From positions 98,956 to 162,955 of the forward strand of contig DF237075.1 of assembly GCA_000708835.1 (NCBI GenBank): a DNA stretch of 64,000 bases, in the 5' to 3' direction. Source of the stretch: Klebsormidium nitens (lineage: Eukaryota > Plantae > Klebsormidiophyceae). The stretch's first letter is position 1. Every line of letters starts with the position of its first letter. Shown here piece after piece: positions 59,882 through 64,000 of this stretch. Under the pieces are notes generated by a model. That model ran no database searches, was not told where the DNA came from, and saw only the letters and a program-made list of their open reading frames with translations. The position numbers and the translations under genes were made by a program.

Positions 59882-62873
59882 ATGGCATGGGTGAAACCGA
59901 TTTTGAGTAGCCCTCGAATCCATGGCCTTATTGCTTTGCTGGGGATTGTGCTTCTTTGGCTGGCTGCCAGCTCAGACATTCTACGGGATGGCTTCTCCAC
60001 AAGCATGGCTGCCAGGCAGCTCGCTTCTGGAGACAGATACAAACAGCTCCGCGGGGTGCCGGAACCCGCACGGAGGTCTGATTCCACAGGGGTAGATAGT
60101 ATCTCCAAAAATAAGAGCTTACTGACGAGGATAGCCGGTCCCCAGGCCTTGTTGCAGAAGGAATCCAAAGACCACCCCAGCCAGGAAGCAGATAAACGGT
60201 GTGCCAAGCTCAGAGACGAGGCCTCCTCTCGCATTCAAAAGCTAGCGGCGCAAATGCCGCCCCGGCAGCTGCTCCCCAGCCCGGCGGCGCCGTTTGCATT
60301 TCTCCACAACCGCAAATGCGGCGGGTCTTCTCTGCGCTCAGCCCTGTGGGGCGCTGCGTCGGCCCTAAACTTGACGGCCATTGTGCCGTGCTTTCCGCCA
60401 CTGCATGATTGCTACCGGTACAATGTGGGGGGCATAGACCAGTCGGTGCTGGACGCATCCAGTGTTTTTGCGGGGCATCTGAGCTGGGATGCAATTGAGG
60501 ACCTGGGAGCTGAAAGAAACACATCGTGAGTCGAACCCTGCTTTTGTCTGAAGTTGGATGCTAGGTGGCTTAAACACCAAAATTCAAATGCCAACTGGTT
60601 GAGGGCAGACTCAGTGGCGCCGACCTTCTAACGCACGTTGTTCATTGGGGTGGTGCGAATCTCTAATGCACGACTTGATTTTAGTCCAGTGCTGTCAGAA
60701 AATGAAGCATCAGGGCATGCAATGTTGAGGAGCACTTGACCTGGGCATTAGAAGTTCTGCACCACCCAGCTATTTGTGCGACACTTGCACCACCTCCGAG
60801 TATCTTCGGTGACCACATATCTGGAGATGTCAACAATTCTGAGCGCCCCTGCTTCTGCTCTGATAAGTGACCAGCATAGTCGTTTCCCAGACGCCAGTCA
60901 ATGTGAAGATTGGAGCTAGTATCAACTTCAAGTTAGGTCGTCCGACACATGCTGCAAGACTTATCAATTTTCAATGCCACCCAGACGGCGTGCTACTTCT
61001 TTATACTTCTTTGCCTCGACCAATTCCTTTTCTGAAAACAACTTTTGGAAGATCTCTGAGGTCTAAAAGTTGGGGCTTTGATGGTTAGTGCTTGCATTGC
61101 CGCGCCTCCAACAGATTGAACCTAGCCCTGTTTATTTCTTCTGGCCCCCCTTTTCCTTCAGAGTTTTCCAACCCACTCACGTCCGCAGCCCCCACCTTTC
61201 TTGGATCTTTGAGTCACGGATTTGGAGAAGAGGTTTCTTAGCAGACCCCCCTTCAGCATTCAACCCCACAACAGTGCAGAAATTTGTCCTTCACTTCTTA
61301 CGGCCAGCTGAGATACTGTTTTGCTTGCGGTAAGCTGCCTTTCAAATTCGACCAGGCTTGCTCACTAGCCAACACGTGTCTCGACTTCTGCCAGATGCTT
61401 CACCATGCTGCGCGACCCGGTAGACATGTTCGCCTCCTACTTTTACCACCGCCACCCTCTGAGCTTCCGGGACAAGCGCGCCCTGTCCGACCTGACGTCC
61501 CAGGACCTGCGGCGGGCGCTCGACCTCAACGATACGGACGCGCCTTGGGAGTGGTGGGAGCTCGGCGGGCCAGCAAACTCAGGTCCGCTTGTTACAGAGG
61601 GCGTTTGCCTCCGTAGCTTGCAGCAAAAGAAAATTTGACGGGTCTCCACTGGCCGGCCCGGTGCAATTGTGAACGACTGTACTGTTGGGCGGCTGCCATT
61701 TTGGACCACATGGGTTTTGCACAGCCACTGCGAAAGTGGATTTGTAGGCATCATACCGCCCTGTAGGCATGTCCCAAGACGCTCAATAGAATCGACGGGG
61801 GCGATCTGAGTCCTCGGGCTGGGCTGCTTTGGTGTCAGACTACGTACTCTTTAACCCTTCTGGTTCGTCCCTCAAGGAGAGACAATCTTCCACTTTCGGG
61901 TACTCGGAAATCTTGGCATGCTGCACAGAGCCCCGTGAGTTGAGTGTCAGACCGTTGGGTCCCACCAAACACCGAGTTTGTGGTCGACGTTGACAGCATG
62001 CGCTCTTACATTGGACTAAGTTTCACCATCGGAAATGCATTCAGAGCTTCCCTCTAGTGCTCACTCGTCACACTCCATTCTGGGGACCCAAAAGGCGGGG
62101 TCCATTTTTGACCAAACGGGACGTCACTTGCAGCAACGCGGTTGCTAAGCGGTGCCGACATCAGCGGGCATGTGATCGGGCATGACGCCGTCCAGTACGT
62201 GGCCCGGCGGAAGGGGATCCCCCTCGACTTGGAGCTCGCCAAGCGGCGCCTCAGCCGCTGCGTCGTGGGGCTCCTGAGCGACATGCCGGCGACGGACAAG
62301 GCGCTCGCGCACTGGTTCCCGTGGGTCCCGAACTTAGCAGGCGCGGCTCTCAACGTGAACGTACAGAGGCCGCGGAAAGAGAGCCTACAACCAGGTAGGA
62401 TCTCTACCTCTGTCAGTAGACGTCCCAGCCCTTTTGAGGTTATGGAGAGGAAGTCAGCTCTTGCGGGTCTGCGAGCGGTACTCTGTCCTACGCAGACGTC
62501 CTTCGTGCGAAGGTTCGAGCTTTGCAGTCGGTAACAGATATATGGACGAAATACACGACGATGAAAGAGGGGTCACGAAGGTGCTCGCACCTGCTTCTGC
62601 GCACGGATTGTTCTGTCTGCTATTTGCATCACTTTTCGATGACTTCTCCGGTCGAAACGAATGCAGGAGCTTTTGTTCCCCTCAATGCCACGTGTATTGC
62701 CCGTCAAGACATGGATGATTTGTCTGCTGCGTGCAGACGTGAGGGATCTCATTCTGGAGTACATGTCGTTGGACGTCAAGCTGTACGAGTACGGACTGCG
62801 GCAGTTTGGGAAGCAGAAAGAGTTGATAGGTATGCTGGACCGCCAAACGAGACCAGAGGACGACTGTGCTTAA
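59882..62873 (+). CDS. Type II membrane (Golgi-type) sulfotransferase, Gal3ST/Sulfotransfer_2-like
   Basis: Exons 59882-60525, 61395-61582, 62134-62394 and 62737-62873 splice in frame. N-terminal TM anchor (LIALLGIVLLWLAA), stem, 5'-PSB motif FLHNRKCGGSS, VFAGH, 3'-PB motif TMLRDPVDMFASYFY, C-terminal LDVKLYEYG..F. Confidence 0.85.
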
Positions 62874-63771
62874 CCCATTACTTATTACTTTCGGGTCTAC
62901 ACTAGACCTTGCGTCAAACCATCTTCAAACTTCAAGATGCGATGAGCTTTGCTTCGAGCAGACTCCAACTTAGACCATGCACCTTAGTGTTCGTCACACG
63001 GGAAAGGCTTGTACTCCGCTTGGTTGTAGAAATGTAACTTAACTCCAAATCCTTTCAAGCCACAAGTAGGTCAGCGTTGGCGACGGGTCCAATATAGGGT
63101 CGACATTCCTACTCTCACTGTAGCAATCCAGAGATCCAGAAACGACGTTTAGATAGGCGGCTAGCTACAGCGCTTCTCATCCCAGTCCATGCAAGCTTCA
63201 TGAGAGGAGTCAAACGGTTTATGGTCGCAGCCAAAGAAGTGGGTGTTACGATTGAGGACTAACGCAATCATAACCTCTGAGCAGTATTACTTACACGCAA
63301 TTGGACATTTGCGGTAACAACGGACCTTAGGTCTTGGACGTTCGTTCTTCTGACAGCTTACTCGGCTGAGCGTTCGGTGGGCCGCCACTGATATCCGGAG
63401 AAATTGTAAGTGTTCAAAATCTAGGACCGGATGAGGTGGATATGATCGTTGAATGGCATGTGCACTGTCAGAAAATTGTTCATCGAATGAACCCCAATTC
63501 GTCTCGTGTATCGTGACCAATTTCTTGCTGAAAACAAAAGGAGCTGGAAAGGACTCTTATGTCTCGATACATTCAATGCGCTGCATGCACGGCGTGACTG
63601 CTTACTGTATTGAGCACGAGTTTGACTTGCAATATTGCGGCTCCGAGGCTCTGATCACATGGTCGGACCGGCCCAACCGGCTTAATCACGAGCTCTTCGC
63701 TATCATTGCGGGTGGCAAGTACGTCACGTCACGTGTACCACTCATAGACGATCGTACAAAATCGCTACTAA

Positions 63772-64000
63772 TGGCCTATTCAGACCAAAATCGGGATGTG
63801 GGTTTCTCAGGCAAACCGCGCACCCGGGTCTCGAAAATGACATCCGACATCCGGTTTGGGCTATTCAGACCGACCGAGTCTCCGCTGACGTCGGGCACAT
63901 CCCGGATGTCCAAAATTTGCAAAAATCGGCACCCGGCCCTTTGGCAGGATACCGATTGCGAAAAGGGGTGTCGCTGACGAGACCCTACTTAGAGAGCGTT
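63772..64000. mobile_element. Possible left end of a TIR element (PIF/Harbinger-like terminus), running off the window
   Basis: GGCCTATTCAGACC at about 63772, a second GGGCTATTCAGACC about 85 nt later, and repeated ACATCC/GGATGT motifs. No partner TIR in the window. Confidence 0.25.

Noticed and set aside
63453-63977. 174-aa ORF at the window end
   Set aside because: No recognisable motif, and it runs through a repeat-like region. Likely spurious.
1-64000. CRISPR arrays, rRNA, autonomous transposase or viral genes
   Set aside because: No regular repeat-spacer array, rRNA-like sequence, or DDE/RT/capsid ORF was seen. The PP2C intron array has unit-long homology rather than unique spacers.

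Overview
Eukaryotic, intron-rich (GT-AG) nuclear DNA. The gene content (CSLC-type glucan synthase, nuclear PYG7/Ycf37 with a transit peptide, plant-like LEO1) suggests a streptophyte green alga, Klebsormidium-like (inference). Spliced by eye, it contains 11 protein-coding genes: an NZF/RING-IBR/SAP/BIRC6-type UBC protein, CSLC, a family-2 O-methyltransferase, PYG7, LEO1, AP-1 gamma adaptin, a PP2C, SURF1, a stand-alone archaeal-type RibB-like protein, THG1 and a Golgi-type sulfotransferase. There is also one probable but unidentified minus-strand gene, two tRNA genes (intron-containing Leu-UAG and Trp-CCA) and several non-autonomous TIR elements (hAT-like with 8-bp TSDs; TA-flanked Tc1/mariner-like). 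Most notable: (1) a frame-preserving phase 0-0 exon encoding a BET/GTE-type ET domain inserted inside the THG1 gene; (2) a fusion-free, transit-peptide-free, archaeal-looking DHBP-synthase homolog with substituted catalytic positions; (3) a possible E2/E3 hybrid ubiquitin enzyme; (4) a PP2C intron carrying three decoy copies of its own 3' splice site. No CRISPR array, rRNA or autonomous transposase was seen. Exon boundaries were read manually and family comparisons come from recalled reference sequences, not database searches.
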